Positions 51,675 through 60,528 of a DNA stretch of 64,000 nt are shown one piece after another. The stretch is taken from positions 11,984-75,983 of the forward strand of contig CAYWIC010000001.1 of assembly GCA_964458115.1 (NCBI GenBank), given 5' to 3'. A program made the translations under genes and the position numbers. The first letter of the stretch is position 1. Each line of letters begins with the position of its first letter. Under the pieces are notes generated by a model. That model was given only the letters and a program-made list of their open reading frames with translations. It ran no database searches and was not told where the DNA came from. Source of the DNA: an uncultured Anaerolineales bacterium. GTDB lineage: Bacteria > Chloroflexota > Anaerolineae > Anaerolineales > UBA11858.

Positions 51675-53288
51675 TCAAGCTCTCTGTACCTGAATTGCCG
51701 ATTGTCCTTCCATAGGGCAATTGTATTCACAAATTCCGCAGCCAATACAAAGATCACGAACAACGTAGGGTTGCTGCAAGTAAATTTCTCCACCCCATTC
51801 ATCTATCGCGGTGACCTCTTCTAGCCGGATGGCTTTATCCGGAACCGGGCACATCTCCTCGCAGACAATGCAGTCAGTGGCATAGGCCCAGGGCAGGCAG
51901 CGGTTTTGGTCCAGGACGGCTAATCCCATCACCTGCTCACGCTTTGTTTCCAGATCCAAAACGGGGATTGCTCCACTGGGGCACGCTTGCCCGCAAGCGG
52001 TACAACTGTAATCGCAAGGACCCAGCCGCGGTACCAGGTAGGGAGTCCACAGTCCTTCTAATCCCGCTTCCAATAAAGCCGGCTGTAAGCCTGTCGTCGC
52101 GCAAACTTGCATGCACTCACTGCAGTGGATACATTTGGAGAGAAAATCATCTTCATCTTCGACTCCCGGAGGGCGGATCAGGCGCGGGTCGGGCGATTTT
52201 GCGGCAGCGTTCGTGCCCATCATCAGCGCGCCGGCGGCACCCATCCCCAGCGAGACCAATGCCTGACGACGGCTGGGATCGTACTCCTGTGCCAATACAG
52301 GGTGGGTCTGCCAACGAAAAGCGATGCTGCTGTCTGGACACTCAACAAAGCAATCCATGCACAGGGTGCACTCTGATGGGATGATTTCCTGGGGATGGAT
52401 CCCATTTCCGTTATGCGCCTGGATGGCTTCCATCTGGCATTCGCTGATGCAGTGACCGCAGTGATTACATTGGGGTTTGATGAGTGGTTTGAACAGGGAA
52501 AACTTCGAGAGCCAACCCAACAACCCGCCCAACGGACACAGATAGCGACACCAAAAGCGATCCGCCAGGGCGTTTAGGGCCAGTATGCCCGCGAAAAGTG
52601 CGAAGATGAATATGTTCTGGGCATAGGCTGACTGGATCGAAGGTAAAACCACACCGCGCAGTGCGCTCTCGATCCAGTTGATCGCCGGTTGAAATAAGGG
52701 ATATTGGTATAAGGCGAACTCAAGCTGCGTGATTCCATAATTGAGCGCTGGGAGCAGGCCGGTGGTGATCGCACGGGTGATGATGGTGATAGGATCGAAG
52801 ATCAGCAGCGCCAGGCTGCCTAACAGAGCCATCCCCAGGGTTAGCAGCAAGAGCACATATTTAACTGACCTCCAGCGCGGCGAGACCTTTGCAGAGCGTT
52901 GATAAGCCCCCGAAAATCGGACCCACTCCAGGGTGGTGCCCATGGGACAAATCCACCCACACCATACCCGACCTAAAAGAAGAGTCACGCCCAGAGTGAT
53001 CAGCGCCCAGCCCATCGTAGGTATCCAGGCGCGGTCGGCGATCATGGCCGTCAGCGCCGTCAGGGGATTGAGACGAAAGAACAAACCTGATTGGGGTGAA
53101 GCCTCTCCTGCGCTCCAGTTGACCAGCAGCAAGTAGAGGAATAGCAACAGTGTCAGGATTTGCACAACCTGGCGAACTCTGCGCCAGCGGCTCCACTTGA
53201 GGGTTGGTTCTTTGGAAGGGGTGAGTTGCGTATCTTGGTTTGCCATCTTATTGGGATGAGAATCCTTGCTTGTAGTCGAGATTTCCAA
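51675..53288 (-). CDS. membrane-bound polyferredoxin (NapH/NosR-like membrane domain plus multiple 4Fe-4S motifs)
   Basis: CGWICPMGT and FWCRYLCPLGG membrane Cys motifs, plus CNHCGHCISEC, CTLCMDCFVECP, CIHCSECMQVC, CTACGQACP, CIVCEEMCP and CIGCGICEYNCP. Confidence 0.75.
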   Translation of the reverse strand: MEISTTSKDSHPNKMANQDTQLTPSKEPTLKWSRWRRVRQVVQILTLLLFLYLLLVNWSAGEASPQSGLFFRLNPLTALTAMIADRAWIPTMGWALITLGVTLLLGRVWCGWICPMGTTLEWVRFSGAYQRSAKVSPRWRSVKYVLLLLTLGMALLGSLALLIFDPITIITRAITTGLLPALNYGITQLEFALYQYPLFQPAINWIESALRGVVLPSIQSAYAQNIFIFALFAGILALNALADRFWCRYLCPLGGLLGWLSKFSLFKPLIKPQCNHCGHCISECQMEAIQAHNGNGIHPQEIIPSECTLCMDCFVECPDSSIAFRWQTHPVLAQEYDPSRRQALVSLGMGAAGALMMGTNAAAKSPDPRLIRPPGVEDEDDFLSKCIHCSECMQVCATTGLQPALLEAGLEGLWTPYLVPRLGPCDYSCTACGQACPSGAIPVLDLETKREQVMGLAVLDQNRCLPWAYATDCIVCEEMCPVPDKAIRLEEVTAIDEWGGEIYLQQPYVVRDLCIGCGICEYNCPMEGQSAIQVQRA

Positions 53289-53362
53289 ATCTCGTAATCA
53301 CGGGATCGCCCTGCGCGCCTTTGGCGTGGATATCCCGACTACAGAAGCAATTTGCAGTGCTA

Positions 53363-54295
53363 TTAAACAGCAACCTCTTCAATCTTCAAGCTGTCCAGAT
53401 CCAGCGTCCCCAAGCCCATCTCGGCGCCCAAACGCAGGGCATCGATATCTGCTCCGGTCAGGCCGAAGAAGGTGGTTGCATAAGCGCCTGTAGCTACAAA
53501 ATCCTGGCTGGCGATGATGGTATTCATCTGCTTGACATCGCTCAAGTTGCCGCCCCTGGGGCCGCGGGCCATAAGAATGTTGACTGCATCCATGATCGTC
53601 AGTGTGGGGCGGATCAGGCTGGCGAGGTCTGCCAGACGTTGGCCCAGTTTGCGGTGGAATTTGTTGCGCTGGGTGATCACGCCCATCAGGTTCTTCATGC
53701 TCAAGGTCAGCCGTGACAGACTGTGGTGTTTGGCTATGGGAACATTGATCACCACATCGGCATCGAGAATGTCACCATAGACAGACCAACTGGAGATGTC
53801 GAGCCCTTCAGGGATATCGACTGTGCGGTACTTAATGTCGCTCATCACCTCCGTTTGACCTCCGGCAGCGATGACAGCATCCCCAATACCGCTGCGAGCG
53901 TAAACCTGTTCGCAGGTGCTGCTGGAAGGTTTATCCATCATACGGACGCGCCCCGCACCAGCACCTACACAGAGTTCTGTGATGGCGTCGACAACCTCGG
54001 GGTTTGTGTAAGCAGCGTATTCATACGAGTAATCGGCAGCGACGATGTTGGGTTTGATGATCACATCATCCCCAGGCTTGACAAAAAGCTCAATGCCGCC
54101 CAGCGCTGCGATAGCCGCCTGCACCAGGGCTGTGGGGCTGGCGCTGGATCCTCGTGTGACAGTCATGTCAAATTTTGTTTCAATATTTTCCTGATCTGTA
54201 AGGGTAAGTAGGTTTCTCCCAAAGGTGGTACTGAAGCCACCAACTGCCAATAATTGAAGAAACTCCCGTCTGGATATGGAAGGTTTGTCGGTCAT
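53363..54295 (-). CDS. Tat-exported DUF362 domain protein
   Basis: Twin-arginine signal SRREFLQLLAVGG and a DUF362-like VIIKPNIV motif. Confidence 0.65.
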   Translation of the reverse strand: MTDKPSISRREFLQLLAVGGFSTTFGRNLLTLTDQENIETKFDMTVTRGSSASPTALVQAAIAALGGIELFVKPGDDVIIKPNIVAADYSYEYAAYTNPEVVDAITELCVGAGAGRVRMMDKPSSSTCEQVYARSGIGDAVIAAGGQTEVMSDIKYRTVDIPEGLDISSWSVYGDILDADVVINVPIAKHHSLSRLTLSMKNLMGVITQRNKFHRKLGQRLADLASLIRPTLTIMDAVNILMARGPRGGNLSDVKQMNTIIASQDFVATGAYATTFFGLTGADIDALRLGAEMGLGTLDLDSLKIEEVAV

Positions 54296-54340
54296 TGTTG
54301 TCTCCTTCTAGAAAGCAACGAATCGGTATCGATAGCATAA

Positions 54341-54383
54341 ATCATACCAAAAAGATATTCAGGAATTGTTCAAAAATGTTTGG
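54341..54383 (-). promoter_or_regulatory. regulon promoter (e), degenerate copy
   Basis: The forward-strand hexamer ATCATA (54341-54346) corresponds to TGGTATGAT on the coding strand. After 9 bp come TATTCAG (54356), TGTTCAA (54367) and TGTTTGG (54377). Confidence 0.45.
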
Positions 54384-54490
54384 AGTTCGATTTTTTTAAA
54401 GAGTTTCCGTTGAGGTAACTCTACAAAATACTGCCGACACAGAAGCCACCGGTTTTCCTGAAAAAGCCTTTCAAGCAGCCGATCTCAATT

Positions 54491-55222
54491 TCAGCGCAAA
54501 TTAAAGCGCCATTTCAAGTAATTGCGCTTAGCAACTTGTTCTTGCAACAAGCCCCATAGATCACGGAAGGCTTTGATAATCACCCGGATATCTGCTCCTG
54601 TAGCCTCACCACCGACGCGCGGACGATGTGTTACCGGTACTTCCTCGATTCTACATCCCAGTCGCCGGGCGCTGGAGAGAAATTCCGTATCGATTAGCGC
54701 ACCATCCGAAGTGATATTCACACATTTGAGTACGTCACGCCGAAATAGCTTGAACCCGCAATCGATATCCCGGCACAAATAGCCAAAAAGAATGCGAATG
54801 AGAGTATTCCAGCCAAAAGCGTTGAATTTACGTAGGAAAGGGTCGCGCCGGGGCGCACGGTAGCCACAAACGATATCAGCGTTTGCAGCTTCCTGGTGTT
54901 CAAGTAGGCGTGTGATTTCCTCAAAATGGAATTGGTTGTCGGCGGGGAAGAAAGCAATCAGGTCTTTTCGAGCGGCAGCAAACCCCGCTTTGAGCGCCCC
55001 CCCATAACCACGGTTAGGGTAGTGCTCTACCAGGCGGAATTCAGGGATATAAGCGGCCAGTTCACGCCCAATCTCGCCTGTGTGGTCGCGGCTGCCGTCG
55101 TTGACCAGGATGATCTCATGATCGAGGCCAAGGTTTTGTGCCACACCGGCTACTTCGGCGACTGTTGTGCGTACATTGGCTTCTTCGTTATATGCGGGTA
55201 AGACGATGGATAAACTTTTCAT
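54491..55222 (-). CDS. GT2 polyprenyl-phosphate glycosyltransferase (ArnC/GtrB/DPM1-like)
   Basis: LSIVLPAYNEEANV start, DGSRD motif, and an ED-containing acceptor loop. Confidence 0.85.
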   Translation of the reverse strand: MKSLSIVLPAYNEEANVRTTVAEVAGVAQNLGLDHEIILVNDGSRDHTGEIGRELAAYIPEFRLVEHYPNRGYGGALKAGFAAARKDLIAFFPADNQFHFEEITRLLEHQEAANADIVCGYRAPRRDPFLRKFNAFGWNTLIRILFGYLCRDIDCGFKLFRRDVLKCVNITSDGALIDTEFLSSARRLGCRIEEVPVTHRPRVGGEATGADIRVIIKAFRDLWGLLQEQVAKRNYLKWRFNLR

Positions 55223-55263
55223 GATAAACCTCTTTTTTGTAGAGATGTTCCGGCGGAGCGTCT

Positions 55264-55653
55264 CTACCGAAAAACTACCATTTTGTTCAAGATAAAATTC
55301 CAGCCAAAGGCGGCGCCGGTTGCCAGTACAAGGGAGATGACTTCACTAAGATTAAACGTCTCTAGACCGAGATACATGACACCGGCATTGATTCCCAGGG
55401 CGGCGATGTGGGTCAACGTGAACAAGAAAGCCGCCTTCCAGGTTGGGACACGGTATGCCGTATCCTTGCTCTTGAACGTCCAGTTGCGGTTCCAATAAAA
55501 ACTGTTGGTCATGCCAACAGCGTAGGCAATCCCTTTGGCCAGTACGGGCAGGGGCTCCAGCCACAGCCAGCGAGTTAGTACATAGTAGGTCGCTGCGTCG
55601 ATGAGGGTGTTGGATACGCCCACAGCCGCATATTTGATGACCTGTGAAATCAT
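55264..55653 (-). CDS. GtrA-family membrane protein
   Basis: MISQVIKYAAVGVSNTLIDAATYYVL start, four TM helices, and FGWNFILNKMVVF at the end. An alternative upstream start is at 55716. Confidence 0.7.
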   Translation of the reverse strand: MISQVIKYAAVGVSNTLIDAATYYVLTRWLWLEPLPVLAKGIAYAVGMTNSFYWNRNWTFKSKDTAYRVPTWKAAFLFTLTHIAALGINAGVMYLGLETFNLSEVISLVLATGAAFGWNFILNKMVVFR

Positions 55654-55699
55654 CTTCAAACCTTGAAAGTTTTCAAAACCTTCAAGGTTTCTCTTTGCG

Positions 55700-58072
55700 T
55701 TAGCTTCCGCAGTCATAGAGCACCTCTTCGGTTTGCCCGCCGGGGCTACCTGGGCCGCCTTGAATTTGGGGCATCGTAATCACGCCCGGCACATCGACCA
55801 CGCTACAGCTATTTCTCATCCATTGGGCGATCTCCTGCTTTTGCTGTGGGATGCCGAGGATGTAGCGCAGATCGCCGTTATCAATCATCTCAATCAACTC
55901 TCCCAGACTGATCACATCATCTCTGCCGCCGAAGCCGCCAAAGGTCAGCACTGCCCGATCCGATTCCAAGAGGTAGGGCGCCGCACCGCGGGCGTTGAGC
56001 GTAGCTAGTAGATAATCGTCAGGATCGGTGTTGGCCAGTGTGTAAACCAGGATGGCTTGCCCATTTGCGCTCAACGTAGTCACATCTGGGGTCATGAAGG
56101 TTGAGCGGGTGCGGTCGGATGCTGAAATGCCTGCGGTGGGGAGCCCCACGTTGGGATTGGGATTCAGCGTGGTCAAAGCAGACCAGGTGAGCGGGGCAAC
56201 CAGCATAGCGATTAGCACCAAGGAGAATCCGATTTTGTGGGCCGGGATCAGTTTACTCAATGCGAGGATGCCGATTCCAGCCAGCCAGATTAAGATGGAT
56301 ATCGCCGTAACCCAGCCTGCGTACTCCGGATAGTTTTGAATGATGTAGATCTCGAAGATGATCGTCAGCCCGGTAATGAAGGCCGTGACCAGCCAACCGA
56401 GGGTGGGGTTCTGTTTCCAGTGTTTGGCGACGCTCCAGAGGCTGATCCCAACTAAGGCCGCTAGTGGGGGTCCAATCATAATCAGGTAGTAGCGATGGAA
56501 CAGGCCGGTAGTGAAACTGAAATAAGCCATGGAGGGCAGCAGCCAGCCAGCCCAGAGCAGCAGGCTGTTGTGCTTACCATTCAGCGGCCATGACCAGCCT
56601 GTGGCGACCAACGCAACGGGCAGTCCCAACAATACCAGTGGCAGCAACCAGCTGGCCTCAGTGACCAGGGGCTCTTCGAACAGGCGCAGCACACCCGCTG
56701 TTCCAGTCTCTCCGCCGTTCATGTTACCCCGTCCTGAGCCTGTCGAAGGGCCACGTCCACCAACCTGCCCGCCGTCGATACCTTGGCCGCCAGGAGGGCC
56801 ATCGGGGAATTGTCCGTCAGGACCGTCTGGGAATTGACCAGGAACGTTGGCGGTTGATGACGTCGGTGGCGGCTGGCGCCCTTCCGGTACACAAACCAGG
56901 TCTCCACTCTGATTGTCATAACAAGTGCCATCGATGGTGTTGCCATTTCGTAAATTGACCGTGCAGTCTTCGCCAGTTCTCAAATCAGTACAGGCCTCCA
57001 GAGCTTCGGGTGGTGGTTGGCGATTAATTCCTTGGGGCTGATTCCCATCGAGAACGGAATTCTGCCCAGGAGGGCCCAACCCACCCTGAGGTCGCGTCGT
57101 TTTTCCATCTGGAGGGCTATCGCTAAATTGTGGGGCCTGGCCTGAATTTATGGAGGAGCCATCGGCTCCAACCCGGAGGCCTTGCCCTGAGTTTATCGAA
57201 GGGCCATCGGCGCCGCCTGGGCCACCAAGGCTCATATTTAAACGCTTCAGCCCGTTATGGCCGACGATTAACTCCATAACGGTGTTGTCTTCGCTGCTGC
57301 CAATATAGGGGCGCTCGTCCACAGGGGTCAAGTCTACTACCACCACCCAGGCCAAGGAGACAACCAACAGAACAATTGTCGCCACCCCAAGCTGGAGGAT
57401 GCGTTTCCACCAGGCATTGCGAGCGCCCAATAAATAGACGGCATAGAATGCGGGCAAAACCATATAGGCTTGCAGCATCTTGATATTGAAGCCCAGCCCA
57501 ACCAGTACCGCACCTAGCAACAGATGCCGGGTTTTCCCTGACTCAGCAGCCTTGAGAAACGCCCAGGCTGCCAGCAACGACACGAAAACCAGTAGGCCGT
57601 CGATGGTGTTGTTGCGCTCAGTGGCGATGGTCACGGGGACTAGTGCTAACACCAGAGCAGAAATCAACCCAGCCCAGATACCGAAATATTTGCGAACTAA
57701 ATGGTAGAGCACCGGGATGGAGAGCGTTCCGGCCAAGGCCTGTGGCAGCGCCAGAGCGAAGCCATTGATACCCAGGAAATAGGCCGAAACCGCTTGCACC
57801 CAGAATCCCAAGGGGGGTTTGTCGACGGTTACGGAGCCGCCCGGCTCGAAGGAGGCGTAGAAGAAATTGTGCCAGGAAGTCAGCATCGATTTGACCGTGG
57901 CAGCATAGTACGTGTTGCCGATAGTGTAAGTTCCCAATTGGTAAAAGCGCAAAAAGGCACCCAGTGCAACGATCGCCAACAGCCCAATACCGCCGATGAT
58001 CTTTTGGCGGCTGAGGTTTAGTGTCCGCGTCTGGGATGTGTTTGTTGGTAGGGTTTGCGTTTCTGTGGTCAT
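55700..58072 (-). CDS. GT-C fold glycosyltransferase (family 39, ArnT/PMT-like) with 4-Cys module inserted in its Gly-rich extracytoplasmic loop
   Basis: N-terminal PMT_2-like TM bundle (DKPPLGFW, ERNNTIDGL), then YIGSSEDNTVMELIVGHNGLKRL, an insert of about 190 aa of G/P/Q-rich sequence holding the module, then more TM helices. The ATG at 58072 follows GAGGA. Confidence 0.8.
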   Translation of the reverse strand: MTTETQTLPTNTSQTRTLNLSRQKIIGGIGLLAIVALGAFLRFYQLGTYTIGNTYYAATVKSMLTSWHNFFYASFEPGGSVTVDKPPLGFWVQAVSAYFLGINGFALALPQALAGTLSIPVLYHLVRKYFGIWAGLISALVLALVPVTIATERNNTIDGLLVFVSLLAAWAFLKAAESGKTRHLLLGAVLVGLGFNIKMLQAYMVLPAFYAVYLLGARNAWWKRILQLGVATIVLLVVSLAWVVVVDLTPVDERPYIGSSEDNTVMELIVGHNGLKRLNMSLGGPGGADGPSINSGQGLRVGADGSSINSGQAPQFSDSPPDGKTTRPQGGLGPPGQNSVLDGNQPQGINRQPPPEALEACTDLRTGEDCTVNLRNGNTIDGTCYDNQSGDLVCVPEGRQPPPTSSTANVPGQFPDGPDGQFPDGPPGGQGIDGGQVGGRGPSTGSGRGNMNGGETGTAGVLRLFEEPLVTEASWLLPLVLLGLPVALVATGWSWPLNGKHNSLLLWAGWLLPSMAYFSFTTGLFHRYYLIMIGPPLAALVGISLWSVAKHWKQNPTLGWLVTAFITGLTIIFEIYIIQNYPEYAGWVTAISILIWLAGIGILALSKLIPAHKIGFSLVLIAMLVAPLTWSALTTLNPNPNVGLPTAGISASDRTRSTFMTPDVTTLSANGQAILVYTLANTDPDDYLLATLNARGAAPYLLESDRAVLTFGGFGGRDDVISLGELIEMIDNGDLRYILGIPQQKQEIAQWMRNSCSVVDVPGVITMPQIQGGPGSPGGQTEEVLYDCGS
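56879..57016 (-). other. 4-Cys module, copy inside the GT-C enzyme
   Basis: PPPEALEACTDLRTGEDCTVNLRNGNTIDGTCYDNQSGDLVCVPEG. Confidence 0.6.
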
Positions 58073-58214
58073 GACTTTGTCCTCGAGTATTTTCATCGCG
58101 AGAAGCCTGCAGTAGGCGTGGCGACGAAGAGATCTGCTACTAATAGTGGGAGACTGCTTCGCCAAGCTGAACTTTGCTCAGCCGCTCGCAGTGACATTAT
58201 TCTTGAGTGTCCAA

Positions 58215-58252
58215 AGCTTAGCAAAGAGATGTTCAGAAGTTGTTTAGAAGTG
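58215..58252 (-). promoter_or_regulatory. regulon promoter (d)
   Basis: The coding strand reads ACTTCTAAACA ACTTCTGAACA, then 9 bp containing TGC, then TAAGCT. On the forward strand the repeats are at 58230 and 58241 and the hexamer at 58215-58220. Confidence 0.6.
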
Positions 58253-58380
58253 GTATGAATTGTGTAAAGGGTTGCTGGTGAGAAGAAATAGTAAAAAATG
58301 GGTGTGTGCAGGCGCAAAGCGCTGCACACACCCATTTTTTACACAAATTCCCCCTGAAAACCGGTTTCTGAAATAACTTA

Positions 58381-58411
58381 GGCCCTAAAGGTATCTGATA
58401 CCTTTAGAGCC
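58381..58411 (-). terminator. hairpin after the 684-aa secreted protein gene (CCCTAAAGG family, imperfect)
   Basis: GGCCCTAAAGGTATC-T-GATACCTTTAGAGCC. Confidence 0.45.
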
Positions 58412-58426
58412 TTCTTTCAACATTGA

Positions 58427-60478
58427 TTATCCCTCTGCCTCGTACTCATCGACTAACTCGATGCTCTCGTCGATTGAACCATCGCTGGCATAGTCGATAT
58501 CGATGAACAAGCTGCTGCCGGGGCCTTCCCACTCACTAAATAGGAAATAGCTGGTGTCGCCAGGTTCCATAAAAATATCATCGTTGCTGAACCAGGACTC
58601 ACCTGCATCATCAATGCGGTACATGACGATCTCGTAGACGCCGTATTCGGTGGTGTTATCCGTATTGACGCTCAGGGCGCCATATTCGAGATCTAGCTCG
58701 ATCACGAACTCAGCGCCTGATTCAATGTCCAGGGCAGCCACGATGAACTCGTAGTCCGCTTCGGGAGTCTCGACGCCGAAGATCATATCTGGAGCATCGT
58801 TATACTCGGTGCTGTATGCCAGCATCGTGCCATCCGATGAAACTGTGATCGTATCTGACGTACCGGGATCCAGATACAGGTCAGCAACTACCAGGTTGTA
58901 GCCAGGGCCGATCATGGCTACATCGGAAGTGATGCCTTCCGTAGAGCGGCTGGCATCCACGGTGATGCTGAATTCAATACCTACTGGAATTTTGTAGACT
59001 GGCTCGTTGTTGATATCCCAGATATCCACACCGAACTTGAAATTTTCACCGCTGGCACCTTCGATTTCGTTGATGAACTCGCCATCAAAGAAGCCGATGC
59101 GTTTTCCGTCTTCGGTGACGATCTGCAAATCCGCCTGACCCGTGAGCCAGACTTGATTGAAATCTTGATTTTCAGCAGGGGCTGCTAGACCGCGCCCGTT
59201 GTTCATCCCCGTTGAGCCGCCGCTGGCACAAAAATCGCACTCTTGCTGCTGCAATCGTGCAGAAATGCCGACAACCTCCAACGTGTGGGTATCCGCATTG
59301 CCTTCGTACAGGGACTCAGGTGCATTAGGGTTGGTGGCAGCCTGATATTTCCAGGTGTTCGCATTGTAGTCAACTTCTACAACTCGTTCTTCATTGGGCC
59401 AGTTGTTGTCATATACCATGATGTGATAAATGCCGCCTCCTTGATCAACAACTGCATAAGGCGTGATCGCATGACCACCGCTGAAATCAGGCATGTATAT
59501 ACCCATGACCCATTCTTCTTGGGGGGCTGGGTATGATGTGAAGGTTTCGATCAAAACATCTACAACTGCTGCAGGGGTTTCGTTAACTTTCACTGCGGCC
59601 GCCGGCCAGGTAGCCTGAGTAGTGAACCACATGGCGATCTCTCGTTGCAAAGCCTCGTCATTGATGGAAAGGTCATACGCGCTGCTGCCGCCGAAATTGC
59701 CGGGGTCAATGTGGTTGCTGTACATCAGCATGCTGAGCACAGCCATGCCTTCACAATGACCACCAGCCATGTAGCCGTTGATCTGTTCCATCCATTGTTT
59801 TGCAGGAGGGGTGAGTACACATTCTCCGCCTGCCATGCTTGCACAGACCTGGTCACCGAACAAGCGCTGCATTTCAACCGCTGTCAGGTTTGCGACTTGT
59901 ATATTGTCGCCATAGTTTTCAAAGCTAAAGCCATGGGAGTCAGGGCGGAAACCAGAATCGGCACCCCCAGTGGGTGCGGAAGTACTGCTCGAACTGCTTG
60001 AATTCGAATCAGCCTCCGAACTTGAACCTGCACCCGCAGATGATGCACCCCCACCAGAAGACTGTGCTTCAGTCTCATCGACTTCACCTAAATATTCCAC
60101 TTCTTCGCCGACCCACCATACAACTGGAACCTGGCCCAAAATGACCTCGGGGGCCTCAGCCACGATGGTGTACTCGTCACAGTCCGTGGCAATCAGCGTG
60201 AAAGTGCCTTCCAGACCCGTTTCAAGCCAAAAATCATCGCCTGGCCCGATCTCTTCTTCGGCAAAGATATGCTCTTGCGTTACTTCGGTGGCCCCTTGCG
60301 GAACTGCCCCAAACAGACACAAGGTCATATTGGTTTCATTGACGATCTCAACATAGGGATCTTCCTCTTGCAGTGCGGGGAATTGGCCTCCTGCGAATGC
60401 AGAGATGGCCAGGGAAGCCAGAATCAACAACGTAAAGGCTCCCAAACGCCTGGATCTAGCAACAAACTTTGATTTCAC
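58427..60478 (-). CDS. secreted protein with possible papain-fold (C39/BtrH-like) cysteine-peptidase core
   Basis: A GTG at 60478 follows AAAGGAG and is followed by signal peptide RRLGAFTLLILASLAISAFA and a Ser-rich linker. GGHCEGMAVLS (candidate Cys) and GGHAITPYAVVD...VYDNNWP (candidate His/Asn) occur in papain-like order. Confidence 0.4.
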   Translation of the reverse strand: MKSKFVARSRRLGAFTLLILASLAISAFAGGQFPALQEEDPYVEIVNETNMTLCLFGAVPQGATEVTQEHIFAEEEIGPGDDFWLETGLEGTFTLIATDCDEYTIVAEAPEVILGQVPVVWWVGEEVEYLGEVDETEAQSSGGGASSAGAGSSSEADSNSSSSSSTSAPTGGADSGFRPDSHGFSFENYGDNIQVANLTAVEMQRLFGDQVCASMAGGECVLTPPAKQWMEQINGYMAGGHCEGMAVLSMLMYSNHIDPGNFGGSSAYDLSINDEALQREIAMWFTTQATWPAAAVKVNETPAAVVDVLIETFTSYPAPQEEWVMGIYMPDFSGGHAITPYAVVDQGGGIYHIMVYDNNWPNEERVVEVDYNANTWKYQAATNPNAPESLYEGNADTHTLEVVGISARLQQQECDFCASGGSTGMNNGRGLAAPAENQDFNQVWLTGQADLQIVTEDGKRIGFFDGEFINEIEGASGENFKFGVDIWDINNEPVYKIPVGIEFSITVDASRSTEGITSDVAMIGPGYNLVVADLYLDPGTSDTITVSSDGTMLAYSTEYNDAPDMIFGVETPEADYEFIVAALDIESGAEFVIELDLEYGALSVNTDNTTEYGVYEIVMYRIDDAGESWFSNDDIFMEPGDTSYFLFSEWEGPGSSLFIDIDYASDGSIDESIELVDEYEAEG

Positions 60479-60528
60479 TGTGCACACTCCTTTGGGGATT
60501 AAAACGACAGAAAGGATATACTGGACCA

